A stretch of DNA of 32,115 nucleotides from a virus (taxonomy: Duplodnaviria; Caudoviricetes): positions 1 through 32,115 of the IMG/VR virus record IMGVR_UViG_3300046786_000055, one strand, 5' to 3'. This document shows, piece by piece, positions 24,842-32,115 of this stretch. Positions within the stretch are counted from its first letter, which is position 1, and every line of letters begins with the position of its first letter. Both the position numbers and the translations under genes were made by a program. The notes beneath the pieces were generated by a model, which did no database searches, had not been told where the DNA came from, and saw only the letters and a list, made by a program, of their open reading frames with translations.

Positions 24842-25845
24842 TCTTTGGACCTCGCCAGGCTTGGAGCAGCACTCTTCTCACCGACTAGGTCTTCGCTCAC
24901 TTCTACCCCAAGTTTTAAGACAGCGCTGGGGCTTTTGAGTTCCCAGGCATCTTTGTTGTCTTTGAATGCTTCCATGACCAGGGCTTCGTCTTTCCAGAAT
25001 TTGGTCTTGCGGCCTGCACGCATGGTCCAGCCTTGGATGGGTTGACCATTGGTCAGTTGCTCTTTGGCAGCAGACTGCACTGCATCGGCCCATGCGCTTA
25101 CCAGGGCAGCGTTGTTTAGCATCTCTGGTGTGACAGTGGTGTCAGGCTTGAAGTCGCTCCTAGCAGCTTCCTGGACCTTCTCGCGCATGCTTGGGCAAAT
25201 TGTCTTGGCCTTGCAATATCGGCATGCATCGGGGCTTGGGCTTGTGGGTGCATCGCTTGTCAGCGCCAGTTCGGCTGCGGCTTTGAGTTTGTTGCCATGA
25301 TCCACCAGGTCTTGGCCAGTGACAGTCCACTTGCTGTGGCCGACACGGGGCTGAAAGATGTGCATGGTGCAAGTGATGCGCTCGGGCGCTTTGAATTGCC
25401 TCATAGCGCCCAATGCATAGGTCAGCAGCTGCTTGTTGTCTGTTGCGTCAACGGCCACACGGCCAGTCTTGAGGTCAACGACATGCAAGTGGTCGCCATC
25501 GACCAGGACAGCGTCAGCAGTGCCGCCAAGCGCTGGGTGCAGGGATTTGAGACCTTCATCCAGGCTCACTTCGATGAGTTTTTTGCGCGGATTTTCGACC
25601 AGGTTGTTGACAAAGTCTGCATAAGCCTGGGCCATCGCAATGTGGTCAGGATCAGTTCCGGCTGGTATCTGACCATTGCTAAGAATGATCTCAGAGATTT
25701 CATGGATCGCTGTGCCAATGGCAGCGGCTTCGCCTGCTGGCTCATAAGGCATGAGGGACTCAAGCCTGTATGAGCCTGGGCAAGACATGAAGCGGTCTGT
25801 GCGCGAGGCTGAGAGTCGGGCGTGTTTTCGTGTGACATGTTGCAT
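24838..25845 (-). CDS. DUF2800 / Cas4-like PD-(D/E)XK exonuclease
   Basis: 'HARLSAS...CPGS', 'GTAIH', 'GTAD', 'VVDLKTG', 'QLLTYALG', 'CRYCKAKTICP'. Confidence 0.9.
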   Translation of the reverse strand: MQHVTRKHARLSASRTDRFMSCPGSYRLESLMPYEPAGEAAAIGTAIHEISEIILSNGQIPAGTDPDHIAMAQAYADFVNNLVENPRKKLIEVSLDEGLKSLHPALGGTADAVLVDGDHLHVVDLKTGRVAVDATDNKQLLTYALGAMRQFKAPERITCTMHIFQPRVGHSKWTVTGQDLVDHGNKLKAAAELALTSDAPTSPSPDACRYCKAKTICPSMREKVQEAARSDFKPDTTVTPEMLNNAALVSAWADAVQSAAKEQLTNGQPIQGWTMRAGRKTKFWKDEALVMEAFKDNKDAWELKSPSAVLKLGVEVSEDLVGEKSAAPSLARSKE

Positions 25846-25860
25846 GGTTTCTCCGGTTGG

Positions 25861-27087
25861 TTAAATAATTTGATTCACGACATTGAGCTTTTTCAACACC
25901 TTGGCCAGGACATTGTGGTCCAGGGATGCCTTGATGGTCAGAATGTAGATCACTGGTGCAATGCCGTTTTTGGTGATGTTCTCGACCCGGCTTGATGCCT
26001 GCTCCAGTGCCGATGTGGACCATGTGCATTCGACAAAGACAATGGTGTCGGCAGCAGAGAGGTCCACGCCTTCAGACATGGCTGCAATGTTGCCGATGAT
26101 GCATTTGGTCTTGCCTGCCTGGAAAGCCTCAATGGCCATGTCGCGCTTGAGCCTGGTGGTGTCTCCCACCACGATCACGGGCTTGTGGGTCTTAAGTTCA
26201 TCTTGCAATGCCTGGACCACATCCTTGTGGTGCGCAAAGACCACGACTGGCTCATTGGCCTGGAGCAAATCATCAATGAAGTCGGCTGCATACTGGACCT
26301 TGCGCATGCCAGCTTCGCGCATGATTTCGGCCAAGCCTTCAAAGGCCATCAAGGCATTGGGATTGGCCACCAGGGCATCGGCATCAAAGGACTGCTCACG
26401 CTTGTCTGTGGGCAGATCAAATGTGATGAGAGAAACTTGCGGCTCTTTGTAATCCTTGAAGATGTCTTCTTTTTTTCTGCGCAGCACATGGGGCTTCATC
26501 ATGGCTTTCAGCTCTGGCAGATTTGACGCACCTGATGTGTCTAAGCCCCATGGGGCTGACCACATCTTTGCGTACCTGGCTGCAAAGTCAAACCAGCCAC
26601 CACGGTAAATGCCCAGGCCATGGAGGATTGGCCACAGCTCAATGGGCCTGTTTGGGATGGGCGTGCCAGACAATGCATAAACACAGTCAATCTTTTTCAT
26701 GGCCAGCATTGCAGCCTTTGTCCTGGCAGCCTTTGGATTCTTAATCCTGTGGCACTCGTCCAAAACCAGAGAGTTATATTTGTCTGCATTTGTTACACCA
26801 TACTGCAACACATCGTAATTGATGATGGTCACATCGGCACTGTTTGGCTGGCCAGCGTCTTTCTTGCCGTTGATGACATGGACTGAGACATTGGGAGCGA
26901 GCTTGTTGAAAGCCGCCTCCCAGACTGTCTTGGCGATGGCCGGGCAAACGATGAGGGCTGGTAGGTTTTCGAGAGCTGCTGCCGCTGTGGGTAGCGTCTT
27001 ACCAACACGGGGCTGGTCGGCCAGGATGGCCCTTCGCCTGGACAGCAAGAATTGTTTGGCTGCTTGCTGATGGGGGAATAACTGCAT
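25861..27087 (-). CDS. SNF2-family (HARP-like) helicase
   Basis: 'ILADQPRVGKT', 'LDECH', 'LSGTP', 'LRRKK', 'EGVDL', 'QASSR'. Confidence 0.92.
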   Translation of the reverse strand: MQLFPHQQAAKQFLLSRRRAILADQPRVGKTLPTAAAALENLPALIVCPAIAKTVWEAAFNKLAPNVSVHVINGKKDAGQPNSADVTIINYDVLQYGVTNADKYNSLVLDECHRIKNPKAARTKAAMLAMKKIDCVYALSGTPIPNRPIELWPILHGLGIYRGGWFDFAARYAKMWSAPWGLDTSGASNLPELKAMMKPHVLRRKKEDIFKDYKEPQVSLITFDLPTDKREQSFDADALVANPNALMAFEGLAEIMREAGMRKVQYAADFIDDLLQANEPVVVFAHHKDVVQALQDELKTHKPVIVVGDTTRLKRDMAIEAFQAGKTKCIIGNIAAMSEGVDLSAADTIVFVECTWSTSALEQASSRVENITKNGIAPVIYILTIKASLDHNVLAKVLKKLNVVNQII

Positions 27088-27109
27088 GATCGTTTCCTTC
27101 GTTTAATTT

Positions 27110-27146
27110 GTGTGCATCATATCCGATTTGTGCTAAAGTGCAATTT
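27110..27146. promoter_or_regulatory. Overlapping divergent promoters for the helicase operon and SSB
   Basis: Minus strand TTGCAC-16-TATGAT (27143-27116); plus strand extended -10 TGcTAAAGT (27131-27139). Confidence 0.5.
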
Positions 27147-27204
27147 CTGCAAACGCAGAAAACGATAAATCGTTAAACCCTGAAAACCTTAAAAGGAAAA
27201 AACC

Positions 27205-27774
27205 ATGTCAACCAGAGTCGTAACCGGAAAAGTTCGTTTCTCATATTTCAGTGCATTGACTGCACGCAAGAATGAGATGAACGGCAAAGAAGAGTTCTCC
27301 ACCCAGGTGCTTGTGCCAAAGACAGACACCGAGACTGTGAACCAATTGAAAGCGGCAGCCAAGGCTGCATTGACTGCCAAGTTCGGAGACAAGATTCCCA
27401 AGAATGTGCGCAATCCCTTGCGTGATGGCGACACCGAGACCAAGTCTGATGGCTCACCACTTGGCGCTGAATACGCTGGCCATTACTTTTTCAACACCAA
27501 ATCGACCACCAAGCCTGGTGCTGTGGATGCCCATGGCCATGACATCATTGGAAACCAAGACATCGTCTCTGGCGACTTTGGCCGTGTGTCTTTGAATGCT
27601 TATGCTTATGACCAGGCTGGCAATAAAGGCGTGTCGTATGGTTTGAACAACATCATGTTGCTGGCCAAGGGCGACTCATTAGGTGGTGCAAAGCCATCTG
27701 CTGCCAGTGACTTTGGCATTAGCGCCAGCAAGGCAGCACCAGCAGCTGCTGAGTCAGTCGACAGTGACTGGTGA
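27205..27774 (+). CDS. Single-stranded DNA-binding protein (DUF2815 / T7 gp2.5-like fold)
   Basis: 'VRFSY', 'NPLRDGD', 'GNKGVSYGLNNI', acidic tail ending in Trp; AAGGA SD. Confidence 0.9.
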   Translation: MSTRVVTGKVRFSYFSALTARKNEMNGKEEFSTQVLVPKTDTETVNQLKAAAKAALTAKFGDKIPKNVRNPLRDGDTETKSDGSPLGAEYAGHYFFNTKSTTKPGAVDAHGHDIIGNQDIVSGDFGRVSLNAYAYDQAGNKGVSYGLNNIMLLAKGDSLGGAKPSAASDFGISASKAAPAAAESVDSDW

Positions 27775-27954
27775 TTCTTGAATCAGTTTATTGAGCGCAA
27801 TGTTCAATTGATTAACTGAAGTCCAGAGTGGCTCAACAGTTCCAGACAGCCATCGGCTGACCTGGGACTGCTGGATGCCAGCCTCCTGGCACACCGCAGC
27901 CATGGTGATCTTATGAGCCTTGGCCCTTGCCCTGATAGTGTGAATTGATTCCAT
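27754..27954 (-). CDS. Cro/XRE-family HTH regulator
   Basis: 'ITMAAVCQEAGIQQSQVSRWLSGTVEP'; divergent from the early plus-strand ORFs. Confidence 0.85.
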   Translation of the reverse strand: MESIHTIRARAKAHKITMAAVCQEAGIQQSQVSRWLSGTVEPLWTSVNQLNIALNKLIQESPVTVD

Positions 27955-28067
27955 GGGCGCATTCTAATTGCGGTATATGTATAAAAACAACAGATAAAAA
28001 TAATTGTTGGTAAATTATTTAATTCTGTCATACTGCGTTACTCCTATCACTTAAACGAAAGAAACCG
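27955..28067. promoter_or_regulatory. Divergent AT-rich control region with candidate operator
   Basis: Minus -10 TAGAAT (27966-27961); plus TTGGTA-16-CATACT (28007-28034); inverted repeat AAATAATT-7-AATTATTT (27998-28020). Confidence 0.6.
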
Positions 28068-28160
28068 ATGAAACAGAAAATCATTACAGCCCTGATCGAA
28101 TGGACCTTGGCCATCATCATCTTTGGTGGCATTGGCGTGATGTTGGCTTGGCGCGGGTAA
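28068..28160 (+). CDS. 30-aa single-TM micropeptide
   Basis: Not in the track. MKQKIITALIEWTLAIIIFGGIGVMLAWRG*; first ORF after the promoter. Confidence 0.7.
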   Translation: MKQKIITALIEWTLAIIIFGGIGVMLAWRG

Positions 28161-28163
28161 AAC

Positions 28164-28439
28164 ATGACTTACAGCCGCACACCTAACTGCCCAAAAGACT
28201 TGTTCGAGTTCGTCTGCTCAGTTGAAGATGTCGATCTGGTCTGCTTCCTGGAATACAGCCCAGCCGAAAAAGGCTCGACAGATTCTTATGGCGCTCCTTA
28301 TGAGCCTGATTTGGAAGAGTCCATGACTCTGAATAACGCATACATTCTCGACACTGATGTGGACATTGCGCACATGCTGCTGCAAAGCCTGGTGGATCAC
28401 ATTGAAGTCTCAGCACTGGAAAAATACAATGACAAATGA
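28164..28439 (+). CDS. Acidic hypothetical protein
   Basis: 91 aa, Asp/Glu-rich; tightly packed operon. Confidence 0.75.
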   Translation: MTYSRTPNCPKDLFEFVCSVEDVDLVCFLEYSPAEKGSTDSYGAPYEPDLEESMTLNNAYILDTDVDIAHMLLQSLVDHIEVSALEKYNDK

Positions 28440-28599
28440 ATTGCCACCAGCCCTTGAAGCCTGCCTGGACCTGGTCAATGACATGGTCCATCCAGAAGAG
28501 TTTGGCCATGCCATCCCTGATGAGCTTAAAACCCGTGCATTCGTTGTCAAAACGATGCTGGAGCGATTAAAAGCACGCACTGAGGCCAGTGATGCCTAG
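28429..28599 (+). CDS. Hypothetical protein (56 aa)
   Basis: Start moved to MTNELPP; overlaps both neighbours. Confidence 0.7.
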   Translation: MTNELPPALEACLDLVNDMVHPEEFGHAIPDELKTRAFVVKTMLERLKARTEASDA

Positions 28600-28996
28600 A
28601 GGCAACAAACCCCGTGTAGGCCCTGCCATTGAGGCTGCACTCAAAAAGAAAAGCAATCTGTCAGACCTTGACCTGGCCAAGATGTGCTTTTGCGTGCGCA
28701 GAAGCGCTGCCAGGATTCTTTTTGAGTTGCACCTCAAAGACATGGTCCACATCTCTGGCTACACCAGGGTGAATGCAAATGGCCAGTGGCGGCCATTGTG
28801 GTCATGGGGTGAGGGTGAAGACGCTCAAGCGCCTGGTCCAGTGCCAGGTGCGGAGCGCATTCGGAAATATCGGGACAAGATGTCAGCCGATGACAAAGAC
28901 TTTGGCCTGGCCAGACGCAGGCAGAAAAGACGGGTTGTCAAACGCGACCCTCTGGTGGCCGCGTTTTTTGGGATTACTGACCCTCATAGCCAGTGA
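28592..28996 (+). CDS. Basic winged-HTH-like hypothetical protein
   Basis: 'LSDLDLAKMCFCVRRSAARIL..L', 'VHISGY', C-terminal 'RDPLVAAFFG'. Confidence 0.7.
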   Translation: MPRGNKPRVGPAIEAALKKKSNLSDLDLAKMCFCVRRSAARILFELHLKDMVHISGYTRVNANGQWRPLWSWGEGEDAQAPGPVPGAERIRKYRDKMSADDKDFGLARRRQKRRVVKRDPLVAAFFGITDPHSQ

Positions 28997-31082
28997 TCAT
29001 TGAGCCGATCTGGCCAGATGGTCGGCCACCAATGGCAGCAGCTCTGGCGCGTGATTCGTTCAACTTCTTGATCACTTCAGACAATTGAGCCAATTGCTGT
29101 GGATCACGCGACAGCAAAATCTTGCCGATCTCATTACGCACAGCCTCTGGAGTCCTGGTCTGATTCATCAAGTTTGTGGCAGCAGCCACAATGCCTGGCA
29201 CATTGCCAGCCGATGCTGCCATTGCAGCCTGGCCCAATGGTGCGACATCAAGATCAGCAGTGCCAGCCAAACGCGCAGCAGTTTGTGAACCACGGCCAGC
29301 AGACTCCAGACCTTTCAATCTTGACTCTTTGGCCACGGCAGACGCAAATGCGCGGTAGTCATTGCCAAACACTTCTTTCAGTCTGTCTTGCGTGGCTGGC
29401 TCTTTCCACATCTTGAGCAAAGATGTCTGGCCAGCCTCTGTGCCAGTCTTCTGACGCAAAGCCTGCAAAGCGCCAATGCGGAATGCATCGACTTCTGATG
29501 GCGAGAATCCTCTCATGGCCTGGCCAAGTTCAAGAATGTCGCCAGTCATTGATTTGCGACCAAGTTCTGCTGCATCCATCATTTGTGATGGCCCAGCCCA
29601 GGTCTTCATAGCCATGGTGTATGCAGACTGGCCACCAATCTTTGGCGATTGTGCTTCAAGCACACCGACCAATTGCTGACGCACTGCATCGTATGCATTT
29701 GCCTGGGAGTTATTGCCAGTCTTGCGCAAAGCCTGTGAGCTGTCATACAAAGATTGTTTGAGTGTGTCCAGCACATTCATTGGCACTGGATCGCCAGGCT
29801 TTAACTTGGCCAAGTCGATCGTCTGGCCAGTCTTTGTCTTGAACAACAATTCAGCAGAGCCTTGGACAGCCTGAGATTTGTTCAACACATCAGCCAGTGA
29901 CTCGTCAACTTTCAAAGCTGCTTTGTCAATGGCGTTATAGAACGGGCGAGATTCAGCAAAACGCTGTGCGCTGAAGTCATCGAGCTTTTGCATGAATTGA
30001 GCGCCTTGAGTGCCAAGGGTCTCATCAGCAGCAGTCATCAATCGACCAGCTCGGCTTGCCTGGCGTTCCCGGATAGCACGCTCAACAGCCTCAGTCGTTG
30101 TGCCAGGCAATGTCGCCTGCACATCGAGTAAATTGCGTGTGGACTTGCCACCCACATCAGCAATGCGAGCCTCTGGGCCTAATTTGGCCAGACGGGCCTG
30201 GGCCATGGTCAATGCGCTTGGAGCTAGAGCCTCTGGCACATCACGCATCAAAGACTCTGCCACTTTTTGCTGCGCATAAGTGCCAGCAGATGTTGGAGAA
30301 ACGCGAGCCATAACCTGGCGGCCACCAGCACCTAAGACGGCCATGGCAGGCTGAGAGACAGCGCCAAGACCACTGCTTATCAATGTGCTTTTTGCAGCAT
30401 CAGCCAGGATTTCCTGGGCGCTTTGGCCAGTTGACTCACCAATGCCACCAATAAATCCATAGCCTGCACCAGATGCACCAGCCTGGACTGTGCGTTGGCC
30501 AAGACCCATGACCTGACCAGCTGCTGGCGCTCCGGCCACATACTGGCCAGCTCGCTGCACAGATGGTGCAATGCGTGGAGCAATTGCCTCAATGGCTGGC
30601 ATGACTGCCTTGCCTGTTTCTTGAGCAATCTTGCTTGGAATGCCAGCAATCATCATTGGGGCGCTTGCAGCCAGTTTGAGACCAGCCGATGTCCATGGCG
30701 CTTCTTTCTCATAAGATTCAGCAGCGCCTCGGAATATGTCACGGCCCATTGTGTAGGCTTCAGACAGTGGCACACCTTTTTGGTATGCCAGCATTGGAGC
30801 GCCAAGCACTCCAGCCAATTCATCTGCAAAGCCAAATGTTGGGCCACCAGCAGCACTGGCCAATGCGCGTGTTGTTTTATCTAGTTTTGCCCCAGCCTCA
30901 TATCCTTTGGATTTGGACTCTGACAAGAATTTCAGAATTTCACTTGGCTTGTATTGATTCTCAAGCGCTGTGGCGACTTGATTTCCAACAGTTGGCATTT
31001 GGGCCAGGAATTGGATGATCTCATCATCGCCATAACCAGCCTTTTGAGCTTCTTTGATCTTCTCTTTAATGCCATCCATCAT
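28974..31082 (-). CDS. Large internal virion / DNA ejection protein
   Basis: 702 aa, Ala/Gly/Gln-rich helical, 'GPTFGFADEL', 'GSQTAARL'; last gene of the late minus-strand operon. Confidence 0.7.
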   Translation of the reverse strand: MMDGIKEKIKEAQKAGYGDDEIIQFLAQMPTVGNQVATALENQYKPSEILKFLSESKSKGYEAGAKLDKTTRALASAAGGPTFGFADELAGVLGAPMLAYQKGVPLSEAYTMGRDIFRGAAESYEKEAPWTSAGLKLAASAPMMIAGIPSKIAQETGKAVMPAIEAIAPRIAPSVQRAGQYVAGAPAAGQVMGLGQRTVQAGASGAGYGFIGGIGESTGQSAQEILADAAKSTLISSGLGAVSQPAMAVLGAGGRQVMARVSPTSAGTYAQQKVAESLMRDVPEALAPSALTMAQARLAKLGPEARIADVGGKSTRNLLDVQATLPGTTTEAVERAIRERQASRAGRLMTAADETLGTQGAQFMQKLDDFSAQRFAESRPFYNAIDKAALKVDESLADVLNKSQAVQGSAELLFKTKTGQTIDLAKLKPGDPVPMNVLDTLKQSLYDSSQALRKTGNNSQANAYDAVRQQLVGVLEAQSPKIGGQSAYTMAMKTWAGPSQMMDAAELGRKSMTGDILELGQAMRGFSPSEVDAFRIGALQALRQKTGTEAGQTSLLKMWKEPATQDRLKEVFGNDYRAFASAVAKESRLKGLESAGRGSQTAARLAGTADLDVAPLGQAAMAASAGNVPGIVAAATNLMNQTRTPEAVRNEIGKILLSRDPQQLAQLSEVIKKLNESRARAAAIGGRPSGQIGSMITGYEGQ

Positions 31083-32115
31083 CGACCTCCTGGTGTTCCA
31101 AAGATATTACCAAGAGATGGTCGTGCTGCACCACCAGCTCCACCACGCATCACTGATGGGATAGCAGCTGGAGCGCCAAGAGCTGTGCCAAGATTTTTGA
31201 ATCCATAGGCATCACCAAATTGCTCATATTCTTTGCGCTTTTGGTTATAAGCCTGGCCAGCGGCTGCATACAGTTCATTGGACAAAGTCTTAAAGTCTTC
31301 ACGCTGTGTGGGCGTGAGTTTCTGGCCACTCATCATGTTGCTGAAATAGCTTTGCAATCTGTCCATACGGCCTGCTGCTGCCATGGCAATGCCAAGCTCA
31401 GACTCACGCACGACAGAGCCTGGATCGAGCAATTTCATCACTTTGGTTGCACCAGCCACATCACCAATTGGTGTGCCTTGGCTCAAAGATGAAATGACCT
31501 GGCTGTAAGCAGACTTCATGTCGTTGTAGTCTTTGTAGATTGGCTCATTCTTAAATGCACCACCTAGTTTCATTTCATTTTCAAAGCCTTTTTGGCCACC
31601 AGTCATGTCAATGACTGGCTTGACATCGACACGGGTTGCAATCTGCTGGCGATACTTTCCAACATTTTCTATGCCTTCTTGGCCAGTTCCAGCCAATGGC
31701 TTGCCGCTGATGTATTCAACAGCGCGAATGTCAGGCGACTGTGCCTCGTATGGTGCAGCGCCTTCAGCAATCTTTGTCTGGCCCAGTTTGTTGTACTGCA
31801 TCATTACAGTTTTGCCATTCATAACGATTGGCTCTGGCTTGCTCCACTCAGACTGCGCTGACGATACTTTTAAAACCTCTGACATGCCTTCTTTTCTAGG
31901 CATTCCAGAGATGATGGCACGCTGCTCTGGTGTCAGTGATGCAAAGACTCCTTGTGAGGCAGTTGGTGCTGGCATTTGAGCCGCCAAATCTGCACGCGCT
32001 ACTGTTGGCCCGACTGGACCAGCAGCAGCCACTGGCGCTGCCAAAGCAGCCTGGGCTGGTGTCAATGCGGCTGGTTGACCTTGGCCAGACAGCATTTGTC
32101 TCCAGGCTTCATTAC
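31079..32115 (-). CDS. Internal virion / ejection protein, 5'-truncated by the window edge
   Basis: Frame open to the window end; 'MKLLDPGSVVRESE' motif; overlaps the start of the next gene. Confidence 0.7.
   Translation of the reverse strand, partial: NEAWRQMLSGQGQPAALTPAQAALAAPVAAAGPVGPTVARADLAAQMPAPTASQGVFASLTPEQRAIISGMPRKEGMSEVLKVSSAQSEWSKPEPIVMNGKTVMMQYNKLGQTKIAEGAAPYEAQSPDIRAVEYISGKPLAGTGQEGIENVGKYRQQIATRVDVKPVIDMTGGQKGFENEMKLGGAFKNEPIYKDYNDMKSAYSQVISSLSQGTPIGDVAGATKVMKLLDPGSVVRESELGIAMAAAGRMDRLQSYFSNMMSGQKLTPTQREDFKTLSNELYAAAGQAYNQKRKEYEQFGDAYGFKNLGTALGAPAAIPSVMRGGAGGAARPSLGNIFGTPGGR

Noticed and set aside
24838-25845. Cas4-like nuclease as part of a CRISPR system
   Set aside because: No other cas genes or array; DUF2800-type nucleases are routine in phage replication modules.
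1-32115. Window as a complete circular genome
   Set aside because: Joining the two ends puts the truncated ORFs out of frame and I saw no terminal overlap, so some sequence is missing.

Overview
The whole window is a ~51% GC tailed-phage genome segment, probably most of a small podovirus-like genome of the kind recovered from freshwater viromes. A Gram-negative host is implied by an Rz/Rz1 spanin pair. On the minus strand, from high to low coordinates, the genes are: internal/ejection proteins (32115-28974); a replication block (SNF2 helicase, DUF2800/Cas4-like nuclease, primase-PriCT_2-AAA helicase, VRR-NUC); terS; five micro-ORFs; terL; a glycosyltransferase and a methyltransferase; portal; scaffold; major capsid; a second glycosyltransferase; adaptor; tail and LamG receptor-binding genes; an expanded membrane/lysis cassette (GH19 endolysin, Rz with embedded Rz1); a P22 gp10-like protein; and further virion genes running off the left edge. 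A short plus-strand block holds a DUF2815 SSB and four early ORFs divergent from a Cro-like HTH gene. I saw no integrase, DNA polymerase, tRNA or CRISPR array. The most notable signals are: (1) an origin-like region with TTCCGNATTAG iterons, hairpins and perfect DnaA boxes, plus a second DnaA-box cluster beside terS, in a phage with no visible polymerase; (2) a possible antisense RNA over the primase start; (3) two glycosyltransferases, a methyltransferase and a HiPIP-like protein inside the head module, suggesting virion glycosylation; (4) about tenfold over-representation of TGGCCA with apparent avoidance of CTGCAG and AAGCTT. All product calls rest on motif recognition and synteny, and all counts are manual; no database searches were run.
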